Below are positions 42,808-55,975 of a DNA stretch of 64,000 nt, one piece after another. The stretch is from Octopus vulgaris (lineage: Eukaryota), in the NCBI GenBank assembly GCA_951406725.2, contig OX597837.1, positions 45,880,001 to 45,944,000 of the forward strand, written 5' to 3'. The position numbers were made by a program, and so were the translations under genes. The notes beneath the pieces are model-generated. The model did not search any database, was not told the origin of the DNA, and was given only the letters and a program-made list of their open reading frames with translations. Within the stretch, counting starts at the first letter, position 1. Each line of letters starts with the position of its first letter.

Positions 42808-43843
42808 TAAGGAAGCAAGCTAGCAGAATTGGTCGCACACCAAGCAAACTGCTCAGAGGCATTTCGTCCGTCTATACATTCTGAGTTCAAATTCCACCAG
42901 AGTTGACTTTACTTTTCATCTCTTTAGGGTTGATAAAATAAGTACCAGTTGAACACTGGGGTCAATGTAATTGACTTATCCTCTCCCCTGAAATTGCTGG
43001 CCTTGTGCCAAAATTTGAAACTATTATTACTGTTGTTGTTGTTGTTGTTTGTCTTTGTATTGTCTGTCTCATCCTTCTCCCTGGTAGCAAACAAACAAAT
43101 TATTATTATTATTATTATTAAGACGGCAAGATAGCAGAATCATTACCACAACGGGCAAAATGCTTAGCAGTATTTTGTCCAGCTTGACGTTCTGGGTTCA
43201 AATTCTGCTGAGGTCGACTTGGCCTTTCATCCTTTCAGGGTCAATCAAATAAGTACCAGTCACGCACTGGGGTTTATGTAACCAACTTAATCCTTTCCCC
43301 CAAATTTGAGGCCTTGTGCTTCCAGTAGAAAAGATTATTATTATTATAAGTGTTCTGGCCTTGTGCCAAAATTTGAAACATTATTATTGTTGTTGTCATT
43401 ACTGTTGTTGTTGTCATTGCTGTTGTTATTCAACATTTGGTAGTTTCAGGTGAATTTCTACTGCATCACCTGCTACACCTCGTGTTGCTGGGACACGTGC
43501 AGGATTGCATGTTCTTTTTAATTGCAGTTTTTGTTATGGGGTCTGCTTGTAGTCTTTACCATTATTATTATTATCATTCTTCAGGCAGCAAAGCTGGCAG
43601 AATCGTTCGCATGCCAGACAAAACGCTAAGCAGCATTTCTTCCGTCTTCACACTCTAAACTCAAAATACCATCAAGGTCAACTTCACCTTCTATCTTTCA
43701 GGGGTTGATAAAATGAAGTACCAGTCAAGTACCAGGGTAGGTAATATAAAGTACCAATCAGGTGCTAAGTTCGATGTAATTGGCCTCCCCCACCAAAATG
43801 CTGACTGTGCCAAAATTAGAAAGAATTATTATCATTATTGTTG

Positions 43844-43876
<33 letters not shown>

Positions 43877-44092
43877 GCAGAATTGTTAACATGCTGAGCA
43901 AAATGTTTACTGGTATTTTGTCCATCTTTACCAAAATTTGAAATTATTATTATTATTATTATTATTATTATTGTTATTTAATTATTATTATTGTTGTTGT
44001 TGTTATTTAATTATTATTATTATTATTTAATTATTATTATTATTATTTAATTATTATTATTATTATTATTTAATTATTATTATTATTATTTA

Positions 44093-44125
<33 letters not shown>

Positions 44126-44345
44126 TAATTATTATTATTATTATTATTATCATTATTGTTATTATTATTAAGGCAGCGAGCTTGCAGAATCATCAGCACA
44201 CTGGCAAAAATGCTTTGCACTCTGAGTTCAAATGCCGCTGAGGTGGACTTTGCCTTTCAACCTTTTGGGGCTGATAAAATAAGTACTAGTTGAATATTGG
44301 GGGGTCGATGTAACTTGTTGGCCTTGTGCCAAAATATGAAATCAT
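42808..44345 (+). mobile_element. Tandem cluster of SINE family B copies separated by (ATT)n
   Basis: Repeated aaggc..gagctggcagaatc...ctgagttcaaat...gcctttcatcctttc.gggtcgataaa.taagtaccag...ggccttgtgccaaaatttgaaa. More copies at ~15228-15600, 46600-47220, 49650-49740, 50495-51000, 57691-57910 and 60357-60565. Confidence 0.85.
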
Positions 44346-44408
44346 TATTATTATTATTAATATTATTATTATGATTATTATTATTATTATCATTATGATT
44401 ATTATTCC

Positions 44409-44450
44409 TACTAATTACTGGTGTCTGTTTTTGTTTTCTTCCAATTGTAG
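44409..44450 (+). promoter_or_regulatory. Branch point, polypyrimidine tract and 3' splice acceptor of the FaNaC coding exon
   Basis: tactaatta (CTAAT branch motif at 44411-44415), then gtgtctgtttttgttttcttccaattgtAG|a. The exon would start at 44451, phase 2 relative to the FaNaC frame. Confidence 0.8.
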
Positions 44451-44469
44451 AGCGAGCAAGCCGGGACAT

Positions 44470-46356
44470 ATGAAGGTAACAGGCTTTGACAAACTGGGTT
44501 TCAACAGTAACCAGTTACGCACAATGAGGCAACAGCTACGCAGGCGGAACTACAATGCGCTCAGCATCATCACAGAATTGGCAGCCGAGAGCAATGCCCA
44601 CGGACTGGCAAAAATTGCAACATCAACACAGACCCCAAGAAAAGTTCTGTGGGCATTAATGGTAATTGTAGGTTTCACTGCCGCCACACTACAACTCTCC
44701 CTTCTCGTCCGGAAATACCTGGAATTCCAGGTGGTAGAAGTTTCTAAAATGAAAGATGGTATGGATGTGGAATTCCCTGCCATCACTGTCTGCAATATAG
44801 CGCCAATATCCTTGACGAAAACCAAAGAGCTTCTTAGTTCAGAAACGTCAGAACTGACACAATGGCTGCAATTTATAGACAAATATAACTTTGGTGCACA
44901 GACTGACCGAATGTTCACAGTGCAGAGTTTGTACGAGAACCTCGCAGACGAGGCCCAGCTTTTGGGTAGGGACCTCAATGATTTCCTTATACACTGTCAG
45001 TATAATCAGGAAATCTGTAACATACAAAACTTCACTCGATATTTCGACGGACATTATTTTAACTGTTACACATTCAACAGCGGCCATCAGCCGGGCACCA
45101 GCCTGTTGACACATGCCACTGGGCCTCAGAGTGGTCTTTCTTTAATTCTTTCGTTAGACAATGATGATCCACCTGTTGGTGGCTACGGCTCATACAATAT
45201 AAAATCGAACATTGAACACAGTGCTGGAGTAAGAGTGGTTGTTCACCCACCAAGCACAATGCCAAGCCCGGTAGACCATGGCTTTGACGTGCCACCAGGG
45301 TACTCTTCATCGGTAGGTTTGAAAACTATTATGCACGCACGTCTTTCAAATCCCTATGGCAACTGCCAGAATAGCCGGCTTCAAAATTCCTCAAAATATA
45401 TCCACACCGTTTTCTCGTGTCTCGAACTGTGTAAACAGCGAATTGTGATGAGCACGTGCGGCTGCCGATCTTCAAATTTACCAGAAATGACATCGTCAAA
45501 CTTCACGTTCTGTGGTTTAGTGGAGAACAAATGGAATTGGAAAGATATGATGAAGAATCCAGAAAACTACAACATCACAAAGATCAACTTGACAGAACTC
45601 GCCTGTGAAGAAAGAGTTCTCAAAGAATTTTCCATAAACCGAGCCTACGAGAGCTCATGTAATTGTTTCCAACCATGCCAAGAGACCACGTACCAAAAAT
45701 CAATATCTCTTTCCTATTGGCCTTTAGAATTCAATCAGTTAAGTGCCCTTGAAACATTTTATGGCGATAAAATCAATGAGACATTTTTATACGATGCTTA
45801 CAAGATGCTCAAGTATTTGTCATCTCTTGGTGTTGGCCACGTACCTGAGTCCCCACCTCCGGAAGAGATCAATATCACCCTGCACGATAACAACAACAAC
45901 AGCACCAACTCTGGGATGCATTCTCCGGCTTTGCTGTCGCAGCTGCTGGCAAACAGCACTGAGGCACCAAAGCCTCCAGCACCAAGGGATGACTTCATTG
46001 AGCACGTGAGTGCAAAGCTCAATTCAAGCGACAAAGAGAAACAAATCCGAGCGTCAAACATGATCCGACAGAACCTTCTGCGACTGAACGTTTACCTTGA
46101 AGACCTCAGTATCATAGAATTTCGACAGATGCCCGCCTACGAGCTGGCTGATCTGTTTGCCGACATTGGCGGCACACTGGGTCTGTGGATGGGTATATCG
46201 GTGCTGACCATTATGGAGCTTATAGAACTCTTCACCAGACTTCTAATGCTAATTTTCAGCTCGGAGAAGAAAATTCCCAATGCCGACCCAGTCACAAACG
46301 GAATGTTGGACCATGACTGTGACTGCCAAAAAAGTAGTATGGAATCACCGTTTTGA
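44470..46356 (+). CDS. FaNaC: FMRFamide-gated amiloride-sensitive sodium channel (FaNaC), DEG/ENaC family; 628 aa from this ATG, uninterrupted by introns
   Basis: Long non-repetitive ORF with DEG/ENaC hallmarks: pre-TM1 HG motif (ESNAHGLAKI), TM1 (RKVLWALMVIVGFTAATLQLSLLVRKYL), FPAITVCN, Cys-rich ectodomain, and TM2 with GIS filter (DIGGTLGLWMGISVLTIMELIEL). Segments such as HSAGVRVVVH, MPSPVDHG, SLSYWPLEF and the C-terminal ESPF closely match gastropod FaNaC as I recall it. The ORF-track start at 44326 lies in SINE/(ATT)n intron sequence; the ATG at 44470 follows the acceptor at 44450. An upstream exon may extend the true N-terminus. Confidence 0.95.
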   Translation: MKVTGFDKLGFNSNQLRTMRQQLRRRNYNALSIITELAAESNAHGLAKIATSTQTPRKVLWALMVIVGFTAATLQLSLLVRKYLEFQVVEVSKMKDGMDVEFPAITVCNIAPISLTKTKELLSSETSELTQWLQFIDKYNFGAQTDRMFTVQSLYENLADEAQLLGRDLNDFLIHCQYNQEICNIQNFTRYFDGHYFNCYTFNSGHQPGTSLLTHATGPQSGLSLILSLDNDDPPVGGYGSYNIKSNIEHSAGVRVVVHPPSTMPSPVDHGFDVPPGYSSSVGLKTIMHARLSNPYGNCQNSRLQNSSKYIHTVFSCLELCKQRIVMSTCGCRSSNLPEMTSSNFTFCGLVENKWNWKDMMKNPENYNITKINLTELACEERVLKEFSINRAYESSCNCFQPCQETTYQKSISLSYWPLEFNQLSALETFYGDKINETFLYDAYKMLKYLSSLGVGHVPESPPPEEINITLHDNNNNSTNSGMHSPALLSQLLANSTEAPKPPAPRDDFIEHVSAKLNSSDKEKQIRASNMIRQNLLRLNVYLEDLSIIEFRQMPAYELADLFADIGGTLGLWMGISVLTIMELIELFTRLLMLIFSSEKKIPNADPVTNGMLDHDCDCQKSSMESPF

Positions 46357-46440
46357 AGTAGAATTTGCCAAGACAGCAGGGATTTTGGGAATTAATTTTT
46401 TTTTATCCTTTTTTTTTTTTCACATTTTTTTTCTCATTTG

Positions 46441-46446
46441 AATAAA
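46441..46446 (+). terminator. Candidate proximal polyadenylation signal of FaNaC
   Basis: AATAAA about 85 nt after the stop codon, with T-rich sequence downstream. AT-rich context makes a chance match possible. Confidence 0.4.
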
Positions 46447-46749
46447 ACAGAAATTACATAAGAAAAAAAAACATTTTTTTTTTTTTGGCTAAATTGAATT
46501 CCTAAAGAAATCAATAAGCCATCACAATAATTACTAAATTAATATTATGATTAACACAACGGATTTACAAGAATCTTTAGAGCGTAGGACAAAATAGCTT
46601 CCAGCTCTTTATGTTCAAATCCTGCCAAGGTCAACTTTGCCTTCCATCAAAACAAAATTGATGAAACAAAGTACCATACAAGTACTGGGTTGAGGGATTC
46701 AACTAAGTCCTCCTCCCAAACTTTTGGCCTTGAGCCTATGATAAAAACA

Positions 46750-46790
<41 letters not shown>

Positions 46791-47797
46791 GGCGGTGAGC
46801 TGACAGAATCGTTGGTACATAGTGGCATTTCGCCCTTCTTTACGTTCTGAGTTCAAATTCCGCCAAGGCCAACTTTGCCTTTCATCCTTTTGGGGTCAAT
46901 AAAATAAGTACCAGTTGAATATTGGAGTCAATATAACTGACTTACCCCCTCCTCTGAAATTGCTGGCCTTGTACCAAAATTTGAAATCATTATTATTATT
47001 ATCATTATTATTATTATTATTTTTATTATTATTATTATTAGTTTAATATTCTAAAGGCTGTGGAGATGAGAGAGTGGGCAGAGACTAAATAAGCATAACT
47101 GGCTGTTTTAATTCAAAGCCTCGTATTTCTGAGTTCAAGTGGAGGCAACTCTGCCTTTTCATCTAACCTGGGTTTCTAAAGTAAAATATACCAGTAATAT
47201 TACTGGGTCCAATACAATCAACAAGAAATGTTTACTGATACAAAACCAAAAATATTAAAAAAAAAATAATAAAAATGAAACTGGTCTTGTGCCTAAGTCA
47301 AAAGAAATCAACACCACCACCGCCACCACTAACTACCATCAACTGCTTTGTCATCGTCATCACCATCATTATCATCACTACCATCCTTACTACCATCACC
47401 ACTACCACTATCCTCATCATCCCCATCACACTACCATCATCATAACAACCTTCATCAATATTACTATTGCCAGTCACCATCACCACTACCATCATCATCA
47501 CCAATACTACCATCATAACCATCATCACCACCACTACCACTATGACCATCCAATAAAGAAACTCTAAACGGTCATTTGATTGACTAGAAATAGCAGTCAA
47601 ATCTTCCTCAAATAATCACTTCTAAGAATCTTTGAATAAAAACAAATAATGGAGGGATTCATACAACAATGTAATTCTGAATATAGTAAAACAGAAAATA
47701 GGGGATGGTCATGACTGGAACGTCTATGATCGCAACAGGTCGCTCAATCAGCACTAGAATGAATAGATGTGTGTGTGTGTGTGTGTGTGTGTTTGTT

Positions 47798-48080
47798 TTT
47801 GAAAATGGAGAGATTCAATGGATATAAATTCATGTATCAACTATTTAACATTGCCTACAATTGTTTCACTTCAGACCCAATTTAAATTACAAAACATACA
47901 TAATGATATAAGTTTGCATTTTGAGCATCCTGGGTGAAAGATTTTCAGGGCAAAATGAAGATCTTACACCCTGACTACTCAGAATACAGACTTATATGTT
48001 TTGTAATTTAAACTAGATTCAAAGTGAAACAATCGTAAGCAATGTTAAATAATTCAGAAATTAGTTTATATCCATTTTCA
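47798..48080. repeat. Diverged fold-back (inverted arms ~47842-47898 and ~47995-48051)
   Basis: tatttaacattgcctacaattgtttcactt...tttaaattacaaaacata versus tatgttttgtaatttaaa...aagtgaaacaatcgtaagcaatgttaaata. The arms carry the GAAAC-NNNN-GTA motif. Confidence 0.65.
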
Positions 48081-48478
48081 AACTTAATAATAATATTTGA
48101 TGTTTTATAATATATTTATTGAAGAAATACCTCCTCAAAATATAATCTATTAAACCAGGGTATCATGAATAAAACTATCCCTATAAGAGGTTTAAATATC
48201 CTCATAGTGAATATGTATACACGTGTGTGTGTATGTGTGTGTGTGTGTGCATGTGTGTATTCCAAGGGATGGTATGTTCAAAGTAGCTATGTCTGGTCAC
48301 TTAGGATGAAGTGTTCAAAGATAAGTTTGAAAGGAAATAAACATTGTATCCATAATTGTTGATCCGACAAAATACATTTTGTCAGACAAATAATTATGGA
48401 TTAAATATTTATACATAGATACATACAAATATAAATTGTAATAATGAAGTCAAACTGAATAGTGATATTTTGAAATCA

Positions 48479-48547
48479 TTTAATACGCACATTTCGTATA
48501 TATATAATAGGAAATGCCTCCATTATGTTAGACCTTCCTCAGTTAAA
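48479..48547 (-). ncRNA. Minimal type I hammerhead-like motif with canonical core
   Basis: Reverse strand reads tttaa-CTGAGGA-[hairpin ataatggag/ttcctattat]-GAAA-TGTGC-GTA-ttaaa. Stem I is tttaa/ttaaa; stem III looks like a CpG-decayed ACGCGCGT palindrome. The base of stem II is imperfect. Confidence 0.5.
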
Positions 48548-48880
48548 ACAGTTATAAACTGCATATATATATATATATTATAGATAATAAAGTAAATTTC
48601 AAATGCAGGATAGGTGTAAAAACAGCCTAGGAAATTAGTTAACCAACTTTCAAGGTTGTTTTTACACCTATCCCATGACCAAAATATACTTTCTTCTCTG
48701 TAAAATACCAATCCACACAATGCATCTAAGTTGGTTTATAAAAAAAATGTTCTCATGTGAGTGTGAGTGTGTGTGTGTGTGTGCGCGCATGTATATGTGT
48801 GTGTGTGTGTGTGCAGTTCATATGCAGCACTGACAACCAACTAAAAGGCTGGTAAATAATTATGGACTAAATTACTATTT

Positions 48881-48978
48881 TCTTCTGAAGATCTGGCATT
48901 TCAATGTGATTATGCAATTGTTTACATAACAATTACTGCACAACATACAAGCATTCGCTACTGAAACACATGTAAAGA
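48881..48978 (+). ncRNA. Minimal type I hammerhead-like motif with long stem II insert
   Basis: tctt-CTGAAGA-[~70 nt containing the hairpin aattgtt/aacaatt]-GAAAC-ACAT-GTA-aaga; stem I is tctt/aaga. Confidence 0.45.
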
Positions 48979-49382
48979 TCATGTAATCTATGAAGTAAAA
49001 ATAAAGAGATTAACTAAATCTCCTGTTTTATTCTTCTCTCGGATATATAAATAAGTTACATTTACAATGAATTTAAAAGAAATTGTGTAAACGATACAAA
49101 GATCAATGTATCTTATCAATAAAATTATATGATTTTATACATAGCCCCACGTCCTTATATAAAATAAAAGTAGTTAATGAAAACATAGGATCAATACATA
49201 AATTTCATCTCTGTCAGTGTTTCTGAAATTCCAATTTATCCATTAACCGTTTCTGGTTCAAAATTTCTGTTGAAACAAATTGACTCCATCTCAATTAATT
49301 TTCAGAATAACGAAGAATCTATTTAAATAAATTAGTTGTTATTAAGCAATGTAAAATTTTGAAAGAGGGTTTTAATCTACAT

Positions 49383-50304
49383 TAGTGGTTCTGAACCAGG
49401 GTCAATAAAACCCCTGAGGGAGCATGTAAAACTTTTGGGGGTCCATAATGACAAAATAGTAAATTGGGAATCCACAGGTAGTATTTTAAGGGTCCATGAA
49501 AATGTTTGATTTAGATGTATTTATCGCAAGAAACAGCTAGGGTCATAGGGTTATTTTCTCTAGGGTTTTAGCTAGGGTTCAACCAATGCAAGTGAATAAC
49601 AAGAGGAATTTTGCAAAACAAGAATCTTTTATTTGTTTCAGTCATTAGACTGAGTTCAAATTCTGCCAAAGTCAACTTTGCTTTCATGCTTTTGAGATCG
49701 ATAAATTAAGTACCAGTGACGTATTGGGATCAACCTTCCTTCTCCCCACAAATTTATGTGGCACTAGCACCAGTGCTTTTTACACGACACAAGCACCAAT
49801 GCTTTTTATATGGTAGCAGCATCAGTGCTTTTTGGTTTTATGAAATCAATTCTGTTGTGGTGCAAGGGTCTTCTTGAGTGCAGCAATGCACCACACATCT
49901 CAGCCATGGGAATCTGGATTCACTTGCCTTTTGTCAATCAAGACCAAATCCAGAAATCACTTCAATTCACAAACAAACCTATTGACCACAATCTACCAGA
50001 AAGTTCCATGTTCTCATAAAGTCATGAATAAGAAGCAGAAACAAAGAACTCACTGAATTCTAGGTTCACAATTCTGATTCATTCAACTGTTTACAGTTTC
50101 CAAGAGTGTTTTTTTTTTTTTAATTATTCAATTTACATTTCTTTTTTATGCACCAAGTCGAAAACAAATTTGTTTAGTCTGTTCATTCGCAGTAAAAATA
50201 GTTATTAGAAAATTAGCTTTTTTCATCTTCAAATGTTATACAGTGTGAAAATTAATCAAATATTTCCAAGAGGAGTGGAGCACAGAAACGGTTGGGAACC
50301 ATCA
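49383..50304. mobile_element. Decayed hAT (Charlie-like) MITE with nested insertions
   Basis: Ends tagtggttctgaacc / ggttgggaaccatca resemble CAGTGGTTCTCAACC-type termini. Confidence 0.4.
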
Positions 50305-50738
50305 GTGTAGACAGCTCACAGACACAGGGAGGCTAATTTTCCTTCCAAGAAGTCGTGAATGCCGTACAGTTTCATATGGTTACCTTTGCCCTGCAGGTTC
50401 CTCTCAATAAATTGGAAACCTTGGAATTAATTGTCATTTTTTTTTCATTTATCATATAACGTCTGCTTTCCATGCTGGCATGGGTTGGACGATTTGCTGA
50501 ATCGTTAGCAAGCTGGATGAAATGCTTAGCAGTATTTTGCCCATCACTGCATTGAGTTCAAATTTGGCCAAGGTTGACTTTACCTTTCATCCTTTTGAGG
50601 TTGATAAATTAAGTACCAGTGAAATACTGGGATTGATGTGATCAACTAGTCCCCTCCCCGCAAAACTTCAGGCCTTGTACCTTTAAGGATTATCACTATC
50701 GTTATTATTATAATCATTATTATTATTATTATTATTAC

Positions 50739-50772
<34 letters not shown>

Positions 50773-52629
50773 GAAAGTGTCAAGCTGGCAGAATCATTAG
50801 CATGCCAGGCAAAATGCCTTGTGGCATTTCGTCAGTCCATCTTCACGTTCCAAGTTCAAATTCTGCCAAGGTCAACATTGCCTCTCATCCTTTCAGGATT
50901 GAGAAATTAAGTACCAGTTGAGAACTAGGGTCGATATAATCAACTTACACCTTCCCCAAAAATTTCTGGCCTTGTGCCAAAATTTGAAACCATTATTACT
51001 ATTAACATCATCATCAACAAGGCAGCCAGATGCCTTCCCTGTTGCCAACCTTCACTTGTTTCCAAGCAAAACACATTTTCTGTGGAAGATTGGGAACAAA
51101 AGACGCCACTTGCATGATGATGACAGCAATTTTACAAGAAGAAGACACTTGCCCAAGGTGCCATGCAGTGGGATTGAGCAAGTTTCTCAACTGTACAGAC
51201 ACACCTACAACTTATTTATGTTCCAAATAACAGCTTAGTGATGACAAAATTATTTTAATAAATTCTTTGTTATTTTCCTAATTAATTGAAACGAAAGCAA
51301 TGTATTTCAACAGGAATATGGTAACAGAAGGGTTAATCCAGTCATGATTTGCAAGCGTGTAGGACGTGGTAACATGTACCATGGTTTTCCTAATTGTTTA
51401 ACCTGCCTGTCTAGTCATGAGCAGAGCCACTTAGGCCCTTCACCCATAACCCTTGATCCAGCAGAAAACAAACATATGATGTAGCCCCCTGGAGAGGGAG
51501 AAGGCTACCCTAGCACCTAAATGGCACTCACTAAGGCTGAATAGACTAGAGCAATTGGAAAAGAAAGTGCATTTCTCACGGAACTGAATTCACAAAATTA
51601 TCACAGACTCTCCTATTTTAAATGACAGATGGGAAAGCTTCCGCTTCCACCATTTCTTGCTGAGCAATCTGCAGGAATACTTTGCTTATTGTGATCAAAA
51701 GCTTCGTGCTGTATATCAACCCACTCCCTCCATCAAATTGACGCTACCTGCAAAGGTGGACGGTGTGCCACACATCAGGTGTCAAAGTGACCACAGAGCA
51801 AGAATGCCCTTCATTGCCCAGTCAAAACCAGGTCATGTGAGGGTGAGTGCAACACCCCTCCACAACACTCTGACCACGAACCAGACGGTCAAACCATAAG
51901 GCCAAGTGGCTCCACAGCTTAATTCATCTGAGACAATAACGAGAATGGGTCTAGTAGACGTGGGGGCTAAATCTAGTTTAATGCATCACTGATTAGAGAT
52001 CAAACCCTGCCAGGGGGGATCAATCACCATTAGTGTTATAGAAATTATATACTAGTGTGGAATCAATCAACTAAGATGCATACGCAATCACCAACCCTAC
52101 CAAACACCACACCACACACACCCATGCTTTTGCAAAGTCATGATCAGTACTTTGGACATAACCACCAACACTAACTTCATCAAGTCACCATCAATCACCA
52201 CCACCATCAATCACTACCACCACCATCAATCACTACCACCATCACTACCATCAGTCACCACCAACATTACCACTGCTGTGAATGCGTCTACCAATATTAG
52301 TACTATTACTACAATGATCACCATCACCAACAATAACCTGACCATGACCACCACCACCACTACTATCACCAGTACCAATACCAACAATAAGCCACCATCA
52401 TCGCCATCACAACAACAACAATTACCAACATCTGCATCACCATCACAACCACCACCATTATCACCACCACTACCACAATTACTAAAAACCAACTTCACCA
52501 TCACAACCACCACCATCACAACCTCCATCACCACCAACATCTCTACCACCACCACCACCAACAAGAACAGCATCACCACCTCTACCACACCCTCAAAGCC
52601 ATCTCTGTTCATATAACCATATACATAAT

Positions 52630-52685
<56 letters not shown>

Positions 52686-53064
52686 CCATATCGACAAGGA
52701 GAATTTACACGAAATATGAGGGGTTTTTTACCAGTTATTTTTTTTTGTATTTTTCTTCGTTTGCTGTTTTTGGTAATGTTTTTCTTTCTCTTAACACCAT
52801 CAAACTTTAGAGCTTTATTATGTCTATTATATAGACAATTTGTGTGTATATACGTGCGGGTAAATGTACATATATAGATATATAATATACATGTAAGATG
52901 ATATATATACATTATATATAAATGTATGTGAATGTGTGTGTATGTCTAGGTAAATATACGTATACTAATATAAATTTATTATAGATGTGAATTTATATAT
53001 GTATATATAAGCATATTGGTTAGGGTGTGTATGTGTGTGTCTATAGACGTGTGTATAGGTGTGC

Positions 53065-53125
<61 letters not shown>

Positions 53126-53983
53126 CATAAGCATACAATATACACACACACAAACACATGCACATACTTATATATACATATATATAGATATACATACATA
53201 ATATGTATATACACACATATATATATGAATGTGCAAGTGTATAAAATTATACATACATATATACAAACATACATATATATATATATACATGTATATATAC
53301 ATGTATATATATATGTATATACATATACATATATATACATATGTATATATATATACATATATATACAAACATATTTATATATATATGTATATATATACAT
53401 ATATACACATATATATATGCATAAATACACATATATATACATATAAATACATATGTATACATATATATACATATGTACACATATATACACATATATACAC
53501 ATATATACACACATATATACATATACACATACATATATACATACATATATACATATATATATACATATATATAAATACATATATATATACATACGTATAT
53601 ACATATACGCATATATACATATATACATACATATATACATATATATATATACATATATACACACACACACACACACATATATAAACACTTCTCTAGAGTT
53701 AGCATTATATACTTTTCCTTAAAAAAAATCACCTCAAAATACATTTACATTTTTAGTCTTGTCTTTCTCCCTCTCTCTCTCCCTCTCTCTCTCCTCCCCT
53801 CCCTATTCTGTCCAGACTGAAGTTTCAACTGTTTATTAAGCAATAATGAGCAAATCAAAGCCTTTTTTTATACTAAACATACATACCCACACACACGCAT
53901 GCATACATACATACATGTACACACACAATCATACATATAACAGGCACACACGCATATATGATAATAATGATAATAACAATAAC

Positions 53984-54065
<82 letters not shown>

Positions 54066-54072
54066 GATAATA

Positions 54073-54107
<35 letters not shown>

Positions 54108-54924
54108 TAATAATAATAATCAAAATTCAATGAAAAGATTAACTGATGTCTTTCTCTGCATTATGCAATCAATGGAAGAATAAAAATCTGAGAAACATCA
54201 CAAAAAATTTTTAAAAAAAGACACACAAATACAGGAACAAGTGTGTATTTGTGTGTGCAAGTGAATGTGTATGTCTGTATGTGTATGTATGTGTCTATAT
54301 ACGTATGTATGTGTGGGTTTATATACATATAAATACAGATATATGTTCAACATATATCATCACGCACATATACATACATATTTATATATGTGTGTGTGTG
54401 TGTGTGTCCATATATATATATACACACACACACATAAAGAGAGAGAGAAAGAGAGAATGGATAAGATAAGAGAAGTGGAGAGAATATATTTTCATTCCAT
54501 TCATTTACAATTGTTTCACAGTGTTGTTACTTATATAACAGATATTGCATCAATATTTGCACGTATGTAAAATATACATATTTATACATATATACACCCT
54601 TATATATAAGTGTGCTGAAAAATTTAACGAACTGGTTAATCTTCACAAAAAATTTGACCGTAGTTGAAAACTCTACTAAGCATGTAGGTGAATAAATATG
54701 TATGTGCTTGTAGTGATTTATATATGAATGTATGTATGTGTCTGTGGGCATTCACATGTGTATGTGTATGTTGGTACCATGTCAATGCTCTTGAAACAGC
54801 ACCTGTATCTTTCAAAGTCAATAGTGCATGAAATTCAAGCAACTGAAACCCTCCTAGAGTTTTAACCCTCTCAGATCTGGACCCCTGTGTCTTACAAACA
54901 AAACTTTGAGCACCTTTTCACCCT

Positions 54925-55243
54925 TGGACATGTTTACAAAGTCAGAAAACAGCATAGCTCCTTCCATGACTTCCGGAAACATTTTTTCACGCTGAGAGTT
55001 GCTGAAGCATGGAAAAGACTGCCGTCATCAGTTGTTGGAGCACTGCATCCTTCAAAACTTCCATGCTTCCTGAGAATCACCAACACTACACCTGATTTTC
55101 TCCCCTCCATACACACGCAAGCATGTATCTGACTCATACACTGTTCGCTTCCCAGACATTTATACATTACTGCATATGCTTTATACGCACTTTTGACAAG
55201 TTGTGGTGCACCGGAGCACTGTATACAATAATTTCATTATTAT
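54925..55243 (+). mobile_element. CR1/L2-clade LINE 3' end fragment (same family as 9805-10102)
   Basis: GHVYKVRKQHSSFHDFRKHFFTLRVAEAWKRLPSSVV, same 3' UTR and (ATT)n tail. Confidence 0.8.
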
Positions 55244-55975
55244 TTTTTTTTCTTTACCTGGGCAAAGAAATAAATAGTTGCATACACAACTTAAAGAGTA
55301 AAGATTGCAGGCAAGCTAATAAGGGTCAAAATCGGTTGCATCTTCTTTTGCTATGCATGTTCTTCATTTCTGCTTTACTGGGAACCTGGCAGGGAATACA
55401 TCTAACGTGTTCCCACTATAGTAAGAATATGGTGTGACAGGGTCAACCCACTGAAATATGTACTCTAGAGCAAAAAAAATAAATAGTTGTGTATACAGGT
55501 CAAGAGTAATGATTAGAGGCAAACTAATAGACAGAATCAGGAAAAAAATTCATGAGAATAATAATAATAATAATAGGCCTATCTCCCAACTACCGGCTTT
55601 GTCCACCTGAATTGCTCCTTATCTTATCCCTTTCACCTGTCTGATTGTCCGAATCACCCTTGTTGCTGGTGTAGGTGTAAACCCATTTTCTGAAGAAGAA
55701 ATCAATAATTTCCTCAACTGCAAAGAGTCTGGGCCTTCTTCTTTTACAAAACAAAGTGCTGGCTTCATCACATACACATTCCATCACAAAATTGGCAGGG
55801 GTGGGTAATTAAAAACAAAAGTAAACATCTCTGGGGGACATCATTAACAATGAGTCACAAACACACTTCACTACAAAGCTGAAATGTGATTGGTCGTCTA
55901 TTTTTAGCATTCTACTTTCTTTTTCTATGTTGCTTATTACCACTTCTGTGAGAATCTGGCAAAGAGGATGTTTAA

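Noticed and set aside
44326-44450. N-terminal MPKYEIIII... portion of the 676-aa ORF
   Set aside because: SINE tail plus (ATT)n upstream of a clear splice acceptor; intronic read-through.
44550-46061. Antisense and alternate-frame ORFs overlapping FaNaC
   Set aside because: Shadow ORFs of the real coding sequence.
52140-52616. 158-aa Thr/Pro-rich mucin-like ORF
   Set aside because: Degenerate (CAC/CAT)n trinucleotide repeat with no splice or domain support.
55590-55810. Unique-looking short ORFs on both strands
   Set aside because: No recognisable domain or convincing splice boundaries; cannot be supported without a homology search.
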